Source of the DNA: Candidatus Pelearchaeum maunauluense
GTDB taxonomy: Archaea; Thermoproteota; Nitrososphaeria_A; Caldarchaeales; Caldarchaeaceae
Direction: 5' to 3'
DNA: 64,000 nt
Assembly: GCA_030059675.1 (NCBI GenBank)
Contig: JANVYQ010000001.1
Location: 256,001 to 320,000 of the forward strand
In this document: piece by piece, positions 48,644 to 59,327 of the stretch
How the letters are laid out: every line of letters begins with the position of its first letter
Position numbering within the stretch: position 1 is the first letter of the stretch
Translations under genes and position numbers: made by a program
The notes under the pieces: generated by a model
What the model saw: the letters and a program-made list of their open reading frames with translations, nothing else
The model's database searches: none
Told to the model about the DNA's origin: nothing

Positions 48644-49726
48644 GTGCGGCTGGGAATCGCTGCGCTGATAGGAGCCATCACGCTAACAAGCGTGGCTACA
48701 GCGGAAAAGGATGCCGCCTACACCAAACCTGGAACCGCTGGTGCAGCCTACCCCCAGTGGACGCAAGATGGCGGGAGGATCATCTACTACCAGCGCGGCG
48801 ACATCTGGATTATCAACCTAAGAACCCTTGAGAGGAGTATGCTGGTAGTGGAGCCATACTGGGATACGCTGCCTGCCCTCTCACCTTCGGGGAGCGTCCT
48901 GGCCTTTACCTCAGAGAGAATCTACGGCGGGAGGACGACGGTCTGCCTAAAGAGGCTCAGCGAAGAAAGACTAAGATGCATAGCACCCCTAGCCGAGCTC
49001 ACCTACACATGCGGCCCACAGACATGGACAGCCAGCGGCGAGAAGCCCCTGATATGCAGCACGCGGCCAATGATAGCCGAGCAGGGAATAACATGGCTCT
49101 CAGAACTCTGGATACTGACACTCAAGACCAACAGCCATGAGCGGATAGCATCATACGTGGGCATCATATCAGCGGCGTGGTCCCAGAAGAATGGCCTCAT
49201 ACTAGTAAGCAACCGCACAAGGAAGGATGCGAATATCTGGCTCCTAAACCCAGAGACGCGCGAGAGCACCCTACTCATACGCGGCGGAAGCTACCCAGCA
49301 TGGTCTCCCAACGGGAAGCTGGTAGCATACAGCGTGGACGGCGACGTATGGGTCATGGAGCTCCACAGCCAGCGTAGATGGAGGATAACCAGCGGAGAAC
49401 ATCTTGAAACAACACCAGCATGGTCACCAGACGGGAGGCGCATAGCATACGCCAAACTAGCCCAGCCAATAGATGAAGCCACGGAGCAGGAGGGAATAAT
49501 CATAGCTGAAGCACCAGAGAAAGAGGAGAGAAAACCGCCGACGACGTTGGTTATGACCGCAGCAGCCCTAGCGGCGCTCCTAACAATCATGGCAACACGG
49601 GGCAGAAGGGCTCACGTGGAGAAGAGCCACATAGCGACGAGAGCCAGCAGAATACCCAAACCCTGCCTCAGCGTGATAGGCTCCCGAAGAACCAGAAACG
49701 CCAGCAGAATCGTAACAACTGGATAG
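48644..49726 (+). CDS. Secreted TolB-like (PD40) beta-propeller protein with C-terminal TM
   Basis: Signal peptide; PALSPSG/PAWSPNG/PAWSPDG repeats; hydrophobic anchor; tail overlaps EamA gene. Confidence 0.78.
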   Translation: MRLGIAALIGAITLTSVATAEKDAAYTKPGTAGAAYPQWTQDGGRIIYYQRGDIWIINLRTLERSMLVVEPYWDTLPALSPSGSVLAFTSERIYGGRTTVCLKRLSEERLRCIAPLAELTYTCGPQTWTASGEKPLICSTRPMIAEQGITWLSELWILTLKTNSHERIASYVGIISAAWSQKNGLILVSNRTRKDANIWLLNPETRESTLLIRGGSYPAWSPNGKLVAYSVDGDVWVMELHSQRRWRITSGEHLETTPAWSPDGRRIAYAKLAQPIDEATEQEGIIIAEAPEKEERKPPTTLVMTAAALAALLTIMATRGRRAHVEKSHIATRASRIPKPCLSVIGSRRTRNASRIVTTG

Positions 49727-50043
49727 AGGGCTGTCATCGTAACCACGACAGAGGCCTTCCCCTTACTTATCGCGAAGAGGAAGAAGAGCGAGCCGAGGGT
49801 GAGGAAGACGCCAGTCAAAACACCATAGAGCACGCCGTTCACCTGCGTCTCAGGCCTAAACCCAACAAGATACAACGCCAAAAACCCAATAGCAACAGAC
49901 CCCACAACCTCATACACCAACACACTCTCAGGCCTAATGTAGTTCGTCGCCAGCTTCGGAAAGAACCCCCACAAACCACACAGCAACAACGCCAAAATAG
50001 CAAACACAAACCAACCATTTATAAAACCAACAAAAACAAACAA
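49612..50043 (-). CDS. EamA/DMT family small transporter
   Basis: GKASVVV..ALYPV..FLVLREPIT..GI. Confidence 0.85.
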   Translation of the reverse strand: MFVFVGFINGWFVFAILALLLCGLWGFFPKLATNYIRPESVLVYEVVGSVAIGFLALYLVGFRPETQVNGVLYGVLTGVFLTLGSLFFLFAISKGKASVVVTMTALYPVVTILLAFLVLREPITLRQGLGILLALVAMWLFST

Positions 50044-50290
50044 CCAATAAATAAACCATAAACCTACGATGTCAGTAGTGTGTTAATCAATTACTCTCAT
50101 TACTCAAAAATAATCTCACAATAAAAATACCCAATAATGCACACAATCCAAACAACCAAATAACAACAAAACATAGATAGAAGCTACGTGTCTTCTCTGA
50201 CTTACTCATCAGAAAAGAGATAGAACTCCTCCATCAATCCCTAAAGGGGCAGTTAAGTTAAAATCTTGTTAATAAGGGCTAGATCATGGA

Positions 50291-50365
50291 GCGGCCGTGG
50301 TCTAGCCTGGACTAGGACGTGGGCTTTCCGAGCCCAATACCCGGGTTCAAATCCCGGCGGCCGCA
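50291..50365 (+). tRNA. tRNA-Gly (TCC)
   Basis: GCGGCCG/CGGCCGC stem, TGGGC-TT TCC GA-GCCCA anticodon arm, GGTTCAAATCCC T-arm. Confidence 0.95.
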
Positions 50366-50401
50366 TGAACATTAATACGCAGCGTTATAGTGGCGTTATG
50401 T

Positions 50402-50584
50402 ATGCCGTTGGTGCATATCTACATGGCTGAGGGGAGGTCTGAGGAGCAGAAGCGTGAGATGGTGAGGAGGGTGGCTCAGGTTATTCGGGAGACGATAAAC
50501 CCGCGGTCTTCTATTGAGATAGTGGTTCATGAGATTCCTAGGCAGAATATAGCGATAGATGGTAAGACGCTTGCGGAGATGTGA
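50402..50584 (+). CDS. 4-oxalocrotonate tautomerase family protein
   Basis: Starts M-P (catalytic Pro1); EGRSEEQK. Confidence 0.88.
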   Translation: MPLVHIYMAEGRSEEQKREMVRRVAQVIRETINPRSSIEIVVHEIPRQNIAIDGKTLAEM

Positions 50585-50624
50585 GTTTGATAACTTTTTA
50601 TAAAAACTTGGTGGAGTGTTGGGC

Positions 50625-50680
50625 GGCGATGAAGAGTCCTAGCTGGCTTAGAGGGTGATGTGGGTAAAAAGCTCTGAGCT
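50625..50680 (+). ncRNA. Candidate box C/D sRNA
   Basis: C box ATGAAGA 50629, D'-like CTTA, C' GTGATGT, D box CTGA 50674, two ~12-nt guides, TTTATAAA ~25 nt upstream. Confidence 0.5.
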
Positions 50681-50686
50681 ATGCGC

Positions 50687-51155
50687 TTAACTCTCTCCTC
50701 TTTTTACCTGTATTATCATCTCTATCTCCACTGGTATGTCCAGCGGTTGCTTGTTTACTCCTACTGCTGTTCTTGTGTGTTTTCCTTTCTCGCCTAGGAT
50801 TTTTATTAGTAGTTCTGATGCGCCGTTTATTTCCCCATGGCTGGCGGTTGAATGTCTCGTCGCTGGCTACGTAGCCTGTGAGTTTGACTATTCGTTCTAT
50901 CTTGTCTAGGTCTCCCAACGCTGCTTTGGCTGTTGCTAGGCAGTTGAGCGCCACCTCCTCGGCTATCTTGTATGCCTGCTCCTCCGTTATCTCCCTGCCC
51001 ACCTTCCCTGTTGCTGTCGGCTTCCCATCCTTCACTGGGCCGTGGCCTGAGAGAAAGAGCAGGTCTCCAACCTGTATGTATGGTATGTACGCCGCGGGCT
51101 TAGCTGGCTCTGGAAGCTCATAACCTAGCTCGCGTAACTTACGCTCAACCTCCAT
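50687..51155 (-). pseudogene. RidA/YjgF family protein, frameshifted near C-terminus
   Basis: LSGHGP..FNRQPW, frameshift ~50833, other frame gives INGASELL..GKHTRTAVG..PVEIE. Confidence 0.8.
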
Positions 51156-51295
51156 ATGTTGTGAGCTGCGTGCATGATAGTTAAGTATATAGCCCTTTGA
51201 GCCGAGTCAACATAATAGCAGCCCACTAGAAATTATTGAGATTTTTTGATGAGGTTAGGGAATTTATTTATATCATTTCTGGGTTTTGCTAATAC

Positions 51296-53833
51296 TTGCG
51301 AGCGCGGCCCTTGAGGAAAATCCTAGCAGTGTTGTTGGTTATGCTTTTACTTGTTTCGTTTATTTCAATTATTGCGGTAGGACAGGAGAGTGTAGCATGG
51401 TGGGATAATTTAGTGGTTATTGGTGATGCGTTTAGAACGGAGTTTTACTATGATTTGATTGATGAGCTTAGGGGGAGTATGGTTTTGAGGCTTTGCATAA
51501 CAGTGTTCAGTCGTGGATTGAGTATCGTGAGTGGGCTAGATATCCTGAGGAGTGGAATTTTGTGGAGAGGATGATTCGGGAGATTCATGATAGGGGTATT
51601 CCCGCTGGTGTTGTCTATGGTTATCATGCCGCCGATGTTGCTGCCAGAAGCTATGATGACAATGAGGGCTTCCTATACTATTATAGGTCTATATTGCCCC
51701 AGGATAAGAAATGGCGCTACCCCAACGGTAGTGTTGCAGGAGACCCGTATAGCGTTGGAGCGTCGCGGCAATTCACAGGCGCTTACGCGACACGCATATA
51801 CGGCTCGGCTAGAGACCTGAAGATACACAAAGAGGTTACGCTATACTTTGCGATGCAGCTCCAGAATCCTTATTGGCGTGATTTCTTCGTTGAGTGGGGT
51901 AAGGAGGCGATAGACAGGGGTGCGGACTCTTTCTTCATAGACAGCCCTGATGGTATCTTCACGTTCTATTGGGGTGGTGGCTGGGGCTGTGCAGACATGT
52001 GGGAAGGCTACCTGCTCGCGCAGCATCTCAGGAGAACACTGGGAGAGGAAACGCTCTCAAGGCTGGGCATAAGCTCAATAGAGAACTTCTGCCTCCCAAA
52101 ATACCTAGAGAACAAGTATGAGATAAGAGATGTATTCAGCGACTACGCGTATATACGCGAGCGTTTCAAGGTTTCGTGGCCTACTGAGGTTGTTAATTTT
52201 AGAAATGTTGAAGCTGTGCTGAGCGGCCCCGTCTTTAAAGAGGTGCTCGTATACTGGTATAGGTCTGCGATAGATTTTGTTAAGAGTGTTGCTAAGGAGC
52301 TTAAGGATTATGGTAGGCAGAGGGGTAAGGATGTTCTCCTGACCAGTAATGAGTATCTTGCATGGATTCCCCACATAACACTAACCCCCTACATGGATGT
52401 TATCTATGTTGAGACGAATCAGTTTAACGTTCCACCATATCAGACCAACTCTATCTTCTGCAAACTCGCTCAAGCTGCTGGGAATTATTCTAAGCGCGTA
52501 TGGGTTGGTGAGTGGGTATCATGGTTCTCAAATCCCTTTGACCCGTATAATCCGCCGCGCGATATTTCCAACTTAGTTAAGCTTAAGGTTGCTGAGGCGT
52601 ATTCCTCTGGCTGTTTGATGTTGATTCCCTTCGGGACTGGCTGGGTTGATGAGGGATGGCCTCCCAAGAGGCTTGTCCTAGGCTCAGAGCGGCAGCAGGT
52701 ATCTAGATACTATAGGTTCATAGCAGATAACCGCGAGCTGTTCAGGGATGTAAATAACATGGCTGATGTCGCCATTCTTGTCTCCATACCTACGGCGGTT
52801 TGGAGGAAGATACCCGCTCTAGGAGTGCGTGAGAGCATTAACTATCAGGAAGAGATTCTGGGGTGGGCTATTGCGCTGGAAAACATACACATACCCTACC
52901 AAGCGCTAATGCTAGGAATGGACAGGATATTCAACACCGACTCAAGCGAGAGGCTGGAACGCTACAGCCTAGTAATAGCGCCTCACCTCACGCACATATC
53001 TGAGAAAGACTTGGAGAAGATAGAGAAATACATAGAGAAGGGGGAAGGCTCATCATAAAGGAGGACTTCGCCAAATACGATGAAATGCATAATAGGCGCG
53101 CGAGAGAAAGGATTGATGGAATCCTCTCTCATAGGAATGTCTTAATTGTTGATAATAGGCTGGGCTATGAGTATAAAGCTTCTCTCAACAACGATAGGCA
53201 GGGTTATGTTGTGTTGAAGAAGATTGAGAAGGCTGTGGAGCGTTTTCTAGACGCAACTTACTAACAAACGCGAGGCCAACACTATACATTAACGTATTGG
53301 CCCAGAAGGCTGAGGATAGGATAATAATCCATCTAATCAACTATGATTATGGTTATGATTCTGCGCGCGACCGTATTAATCCGCACCCATCTTTCTGGCT
53401 CTCTCTAAAGCTCCCTGAACTGTATAGAGTATCTGATGTTTATCTAATGACGCCAGACGATAATAGCTCTCCTACTCCGCTGCAATACGAGATTAGGAAT
53501 AATCGGATAAACATTACATTACCCTACGTGGGTGTCTGGAGTATGATAGTTATTGAGCCCGTCTCACGCGTGGAGACTATTACAGAGACGCGCTTCCTCA
53601 CGTTTATGGATATTCTTGAGAGAACTGTAACTAAGGTGAATGTGGAGACCGAGACTACTACAATAGCATCAACATATGCTCGGACGCTCACTATTAGGGA
53701 GGAGCAGCCAGCTCCCTACCCAGCTAGCACGACGACACTCCTAATAGCGGTAGTTGCTGCTCTCGGATTGGCTGTAGGATACATGCTCAGGGGGAGAGGA
53801 CAAGGCCATAACCTACGGAATTCACAACCATAG
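51296..53833 (+). pseudogene. Large cell-surface protein (possible glycoside hydrolase-like) split into 4 frames
   Basis: Signal peptide, aromatic-rich core (GADSFFIDS), IIIHLINYDY, Thr-rich stalk and C-terminal TM; frame changes near 51490, 53040 and 53255. Confidence 0.6.
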
Positions 53834-53918
53834 TACCATACGCAGTATGAATTAACGACGTTTCTCCACGCTTTAGGCAATGCTTATATTCTCGTATGAG
53901 GGGGTGAGTCGTCTAAAC

Positions 53919-54176
53919 ATGAGTGAAGAAAAGCGGCTGTCCAAGAAAGGTTGGGTTACGCAGTCACCTGAGGGTGATTTGCTGCTGGTGAATGATAAGG
54001 GAACGGCGTATAAGGTTAGCGAGTCTGTTGTGGCTGTCTGGAACATCTTTGAGAACAAGACCGTTGAGGAGGTTGTTAGTGAGATTGCTTCGCAGGTTGA
54101 TGTTGACGTTAACGAGCTGCGCGAGGCTATACAGCAGCTTGCTATCCAGCTTCAGGAAGCAGAACTCCTAGCATAA
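53919..54176 (+). CDS. PqqD-like (RiPP recognition element) small protein
   Basis: Three short strands, then YKVSESVVAVWNIFENKTVEEVV..L..L...ELL helices. Confidence 0.6.
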   Translation: MSEEKRLSKKGWVTQSPEGDLLLVNDKGTAYKVSESVVAVWNIFENKTVEEVVSEIASQVDVDVNELREAIQQLAIQLQEAELLA

Positions 54177-54335
54177 GAGGAAATTAGGTAAAAAGAGCCT
54201 AACATCCAAACCCCTGGCGTGGGTTGCAGCAGCGCCAGCGCTGCGCACCCAGCTATATTGTTTTCTGATAAAATTATTGACGACTGAACAGTGAGGTTCG
54301 TGGAGTGCTACTACTGCTCGCAAAGAAACGCTAGG

Positions 54336-55555
54336 CTATGTGTATAGTTTCTTGAGCCGTTGTAATAGCCCCTCTGTGAGGTTCTGCAGCGTGAATTGCT
54401 GTGCTCTTGAGCGCGCGTTCTCCGACATCTTGTCGTGTAGCTCCTGGTCTTCTGCGAGTCTTCTTATTGCTGCCGCGGCTCCCCTGTAGTCTTCTGGCCC
54501 CCTTACGTGGATTCCGTCTATCCCATCCCGCACAAGCCAGCGCTGGCCGCCGACGGCCGAGGTTACCACAGGCACGCCGCAATACATGAACTCCAGCTGC
54601 GTTATTCCCAGTGCCTCCATTCTGCTCATGATTATATTTAGGTAGGATTTCTTCATGAGCGCCACTTTCTCCTCGTCGTTTAGCCTCCCTATGTAGCTCA
54701 GGTTGTGAAGCCCCCTGCTCTCGCGTAGCACCTTCTCATGCTGGTTTGATGGTGCTCCAGCTATTACGAAGTGTATATCCCTCCTGTCTGTGAGGAGCTT
54801 TGCCGCCCTCACCACCGCGAGCGGGTTCTTCCGCTCTTCAATCGTCCCGACATAGCTCACCAGCTTGACGTCGGTTGGTATGTTATACTGCTCAAGAATC
54901 TTCTCAGGCTCTCTCGCGGCGTTGTCTATGAACTCCGAGTCAACTCCTCCTGGGTAGAGGTGTATCTGCTCGCGCCGCGCTCCCAGCCTGAGCATGTCTT
55001 CCTCCTCAAGCGGGGTGGTGCAGAGGATTAGGTCCGCCGTCCTGAATATCTGGGGAAAGACGAGCCTATTCCACGCCTCGCGGTAGCACCGCTCAATCAA
55101 GCTATAGTGCGTGGGGTCGGGCGGCTGGTAGTGCGGCATATGGCAGAAGGTTAGGGGCTTCTGAAGAAGCCACTCAGCCATCAAAGCCCTAACCCAGAGA
55201 ACAAACTTCGCCGCATCCTCAGGCCCGTTCCAGAGCGTGCTGTGCGTTATCATCACGTCAAACCCAATCTCCTCATAGAGCCTTCGCAGCGTGTTGACGT
55301 AGTCGCGTAGCATGATGCGGCGCGGTGGCCAGGTTGAATGGTAGCCGTCAACCCTGATTACTGGGACGCCGAACTCGTTTTCGTTGCTCCAGATGTAGCC
55401 CTTCACCGAGGTTTCTATAACCTTAGGCGAGATTACGGGCTTGTAACCAAGTATGACTTGCACCCCTGCTTCTGGAGCTGCAACGCTAGGCGCTGGGCTA
55501 CCAGCTCCTGTCCCTTCGTGAAACTAGTTTGATACATTATGTTGATTATCTTCAT
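54336..55555 (-). pseudogene. Glycosyltransferase family 4, frameshifted near N-terminus
   Basis: MKIINIMYQ from ATG 55555, shift near 55435; ERKN and EALGITQLE (Ex7E). Confidence 0.75.
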
Positions 55556-56322
55556 GAGACATGCATCTCTCTCAAGATTGACTCAACATCGCGCGAGGTT
55601 TGGAGGGACTCTAGGAAGCTCTCCCGCGCGTTGAATGGTATTAGGTGCTTGGCTTCTAGGTTCTTGGGAGACTCGCTGTGCGTTATCCCTATGCTTATCT
55701 CAGCCTCCCTGAACGCTGGGTTATCTGCCTCTGAGTCGCCCATGTATATTACAGCGCCGCTTATGTGGAGGATTTCCCTCAGCCTGCGGAGAGCCTTCCC
55801 CTTATCTATCTCAGCCGCGAAGACGTCAAGATACGGCCGCCCAGGGTATCGCATTACATGAAGCCCGTGCTCCCTGGCCTCCGTCTCTATGAGTATCGTA
55901 GCCTCAACAGCTTTCTCGGCGCTGCGCGATAAGCGCCAGTCAAACGCGAGGCCAGCTAACGTTATGCGGTCGCGTAGTAGCTTCCTCTACACCACTATCC
56001 CATCCAGCCCGCTGGCCAGCTCCTCGGCCAGGGATAGCACACGCCTTATCGCGTGCTGCCTCTCCGCGACGCGCTCATCAACATAGCTCATGTTGTCTCG
56101 CGTGGTTATCTCCAGGCCGCCTACCGTAGCCCATGCGTGGGCGAAGGGGACTGGACGGCTGGCGAAGTGATAGTCCTTCGTCGTTATCACGGCCAGCTTA
56201 AGCTCCTCGGATAGCCTGCTCAGAGCTGCGTGGAGGCGGCTCGTTAGGCGTGCCGCCTCCCTACTCACGTCTGGGGGTATGAGAGTCCCGTCCAGGTCTG
56301 TGAACAGGGCTTCAACAAGCAT
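55552..56322 (-). pseudogene. HAD-IIB phosphatase with in-frame TAG
   Basis: DLDGTL..DKGKAL..YMGDSEAD in one frame, interrupted by TAG at 55987-55989. Confidence 0.8.
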
Positions 56323-56329
56323 CGCAGGG

Positions 56330-56994
56330 TCATCTTCTCTGTAGCCATTCCTTCACCCTGTCTTTCAGGAGCCATCCAACGACGATGCCCGCCGCGACGC
56401 CTACAAAAATCGCCAAAGACCACGCGAAAGCCTGCGCAACTATGTAGATTATCGTAACATCAACACCAAGCTGTGAGAGCGCTATCGTTATCGTAACAAA
56501 GTAGAGGATTACCTTAACAGCGTCTCCTATCATGCTTATGTAGATTGCCTGAGACGACTCTATCGTGAAGCTCTTCTTTATTGACTCGCCCACCCAGTCG
56601 GAGATTATGAACCCTATGATGAATATTAGGAGGGCGCTGATGAAAGCTGGTAGGTATGTCATGAATGTGTTTATCGCCTGGTCTGCCAGGGTACCTGGAG
56701 GTTCTCCAGGGCTACGAGAATCGCTGCTATGTAGATTATCCACTTCGTCACCGCTTTGGAGAATTCGGAGGCCGTGAAGCCTGCTCTCAGTATTGCGCGG
56801 CCTACTGAGGTTCTCCTAAACGCCGCGTTGGCGCCTATCCTGTCCATAGTCCTTCCTATTATCTTCCCTACCACATGGCCAGCAACCCAGCCAACAACCA
56901 GAACAATAACGGCAGCTATAACGTTAGGGATGTAAGCGTAAAGAGTTTCCAGAAGCCCATTGCTAGTGAGTAAATCAATCTGACTTAGAAACAA
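56330..56994 (-). pseudogene. Mechanosensitive channel TM-helix (CmpX/MscS-related) protein, frameshifted
   Basis: YIPNVIAA and YLPAFISA repeats, ALSQLGV; frameshift ~56690. Confidence 0.75.
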
Positions 56995-57079
56995 GATTCA
57001 TTCGTAATCGTTTTCTCCTCGGTTTATTTAACTCTGATGCTCTCTAGATTCCTAGAAATCCTAATGCATGATAAGATAA

Positions 57080-58024
57080 TTAGATGAGGTTGAGCTTTCG
57101 CGCTGTCTCTATGATTCTGTTTGCTATTCTTATTGTTGCTGCGTCTATCATCTCTCCCTCAAGCGCTATCGCTCCCCTGCCTTCTGCCCATGCCCTCTGA
57201 TACTCCTCTATTATGAGCTTGGCTCTGCTAATCTCCTCTTGGGTTGGCGTGAATATCTTGTTGCATAGCTCTATCTGGGACGGGTGTATAACCCACTTCC
57301 CATCATAACCCATGCTCCGCGCGAGCTTCGCAGACTCCTCAAACCCACTCAGGTCGTTGATGACCGCATAAGGCCCGTCTATCGCCTGCAACCCCGCTGC
57401 CGCCGCTGCGTTCCTTATCTGAAACATGGCGTAATGCCATATATGGCCTGGGTAGCCCGCTGCCTGCGCACCTATCGTCATGCCGCGCATACCTATGCTC
57501 GCGGCGTAGTCGCCTGGCCCGAAGATGAGCGCCTCAAGCCTATCGCTACACCTAGCTATCTCATTCACATTCGCGAGTCCCTTTGCGGTCTCTATCTGCG
57601 CCTCAAGGGCTATGCGCTTGCCCAGTCCTAAACTCTCTTCAAGGCTGGCTAAGACCTTCTCAACGGCCAGCACCTCCGCTGGCTCATCAACCTTCGGAAT
57701 CATGATACAGTCTATCCTCTCTCCAGCGCCCTCAACAACGCTAACCAAATCACCAACCCAATACCTCGTGCGCACACCATTAATCCTAACAGCAACCGTC
57801 TTCCCCTCCGAAGGCCTAGCCTCGTTAAGGATTTGGACAATATTCCTCCGCGCCTCAAGCTTCTGGCCAGGAGCCACAGAGTCCTCAAGGTCCAGGAAGA
57901 CCTCATCAACAGGAAGCTCCTCAAGAGCCTTACGCATCATCTTAACGCTACTCCCAGGCGAGGCCATCTCACTCCTTCGTAGACGCTCCACAGCCATCCC
58001 AACCATGAAACGCCTTTCCGTCAT
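57080..58024 (-). CDS. CitE-like / malyl-CoA lyase family (HpcH/HpaI)
   Basis: RRSE, LDLEDSVAP, AQIETA, FGPGDY, DGPY and GKWVIHPSQ. Confidence 0.88.
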   Translation of the reverse strand: MTERRFMVGMAVERLRRSEMASPGSSVKMMRKALEELPVDEVFLDLEDSVAPGQKLEARRNIVQILNEARPSEGKTVAVRINGVRTRYWVGDLVSVVEGAGERIDCIMIPKVDEPAEVLAVEKVLASLEESLGLGKRIALEAQIETAKGLANVNEIARCSDRLEALIFGPGDYAASIGMRGMTIGAQAAGYPGHIWHYAMFQIRNAAAAAGLQAIDGPYAVINDLSGFEESAKLARSMGYDGKWVIHPSQIELCNKIFTPTQEEISRAKLIIEEYQRAWAEGRGAIALEGEMIDAATIRIANRIIETARKLNLI

Positions 58025-58116
58025 TTAGCACTTCCTCATCTTACCGGTTACAATTCTTTAGCAATAACCCAATTTTTGTATAAGTTAAATTAGCAGCATA
58101 ACCCAACACTACATGC

Positions 58117-59280
58117 ATGTCTAGGTCTTCTAGCGGAAAAACCACACCAAGGACTACAATACTGACCGTGCTTCTCATTATCTTCTTGATAGCTGCTGTT
58201 GCTGGATGGGTTAGGCCCCCTCAAACAGTTGAGAAGACAATAACGCAGACAGTTATGCAGACCACGACTGTGGCGGCTGGTGAGGGTGTCAGAACTATAA
58301 CACAGACAACAACACTAACAAAAACAGAAACCCAAAAGGTAACAGTCACAGTCACCGCGACTCCACAGCCCCCAACACCCATCAAAATAAGACTCGCAAG
58401 CCTCGCCTTCCCCAGCTACATGCTCGTTCTCCAGAAGATAATAGAAGAGAAACGCGTTGACCTCAAGCATGGCCTCGATATAGAGTGGGTCCCACAGACA
58501 ACAATCGCAGGGTTCTACTCCACAATCCTAACCGGGGAGGTCGACGGCATACCTGGAGGAGGCCCCCTCACTTTCCAAAAGATGAAAGTAGAGCAGGGCG
58601 CTCCAATAAAAATCACCAACACACTGGCTACGATGACGTTATCGGTAGTCACGATAAATCCTGATGTCAAGAGTTTTGAAGACCTGCGTGGTAAGAAGCT
58701 GGCCGTAGATGTAGGTGCTACAGACTTCCTCATACTCAAAACATACGCGAGCAAGCTTGGTATCGACATAGAGAAGGAAGTAACTCTAGTCCCTACGACA
58801 TACCCAATAGCGCGCGGCCAGCTTGTTGCTGGGGACGTTGATGCTGCTGTCCTAGTTGAGCCGCATATATCGCTGGCGAAGAGAGATAATCCCAACGCGA
58901 GAGTTATCCTAGTCTTTGATGAGGCCTGGAGGGAAATAACAGGACAGCCATTCGGAATATACCTAGTTACAGCCCTCCGCGAAGATTATCTGGCTAAGAA
59001 TCCCGAAGTCCCAGCTAGGCTCATTAAGGTCTTCCAAGAAGTTGAAGACTTCCTCAGACGCAACCCAGAGGAGGCAGATGCCATACTCTCTGCTGGCATG
59101 AAGATAAGCCCAGGAATCATGTATAACGCTATAATATTCGGCAGGATAGATTATAGAATATACCCAGCATGGAGGAGCGACATAAGGGAAAACCTGGAAA
59201 CAATGTTCCAGTTCGGTGTTGATACTGGCTTCGTGAGCGCGCTTCCAGGGCCAGGCTTCATCTACACACCATCAGGATAG
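58117..59280 (+). CDS. NitT/TauT-family ABC substrate-binding protein
   Basis: N-terminal TM, Thr-rich linker, EDLRGKKL and GDVDAA..EP. Confidence 0.85.
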   Translation: MSRSSSGKTTPRTTILTVLLIIFLIAAVAGWVRPPQTVEKTITQTVMQTTTVAAGEGVRTITQTTTLTKTETQKVTVTVTATPQPPTPIKIRLASLAFPSYMLVLQKIIEEKRVDLKHGLDIEWVPQTTIAGFYSTILTGEVDGIPGGGPLTFQKMKVEQGAPIKITNTLATMTLSVVTINPDVKSFEDLRGKKLAVDVGATDFLILKTYASKLGIDIEKEVTLVPTTYPIARGQLVAGDVDAAVLVEPHISLAKRDNPNARVILVFDEAWREITGQPFGIYLVTALREDYLAKNPEVPARLIKVFQEVEDFLRRNPEEADAILSAGMKISPGIMYNAIIFGRIDYRIYPAWRSDIRENLETMFQFGVDTGFVSALPGPGFIYTPSG

Positions 59281-59327
59281 CCAAACATAATAAACCCCGT
59301 AACACCATTCTTATTTTTTGAGGCGAA

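Noticed and set aside
54262-54320. Second C/D sRNA candidate
   Set aside because: It has an internal CTGA and a C'-like word, but the C box is poor and there is no terminal D box.
55987-55989. In-frame TAG as pyrrolysine read-through
   Set aside because: It is one base from GAG (Glu), both neighbouring genes are also broken, and no pyl genes are visible.
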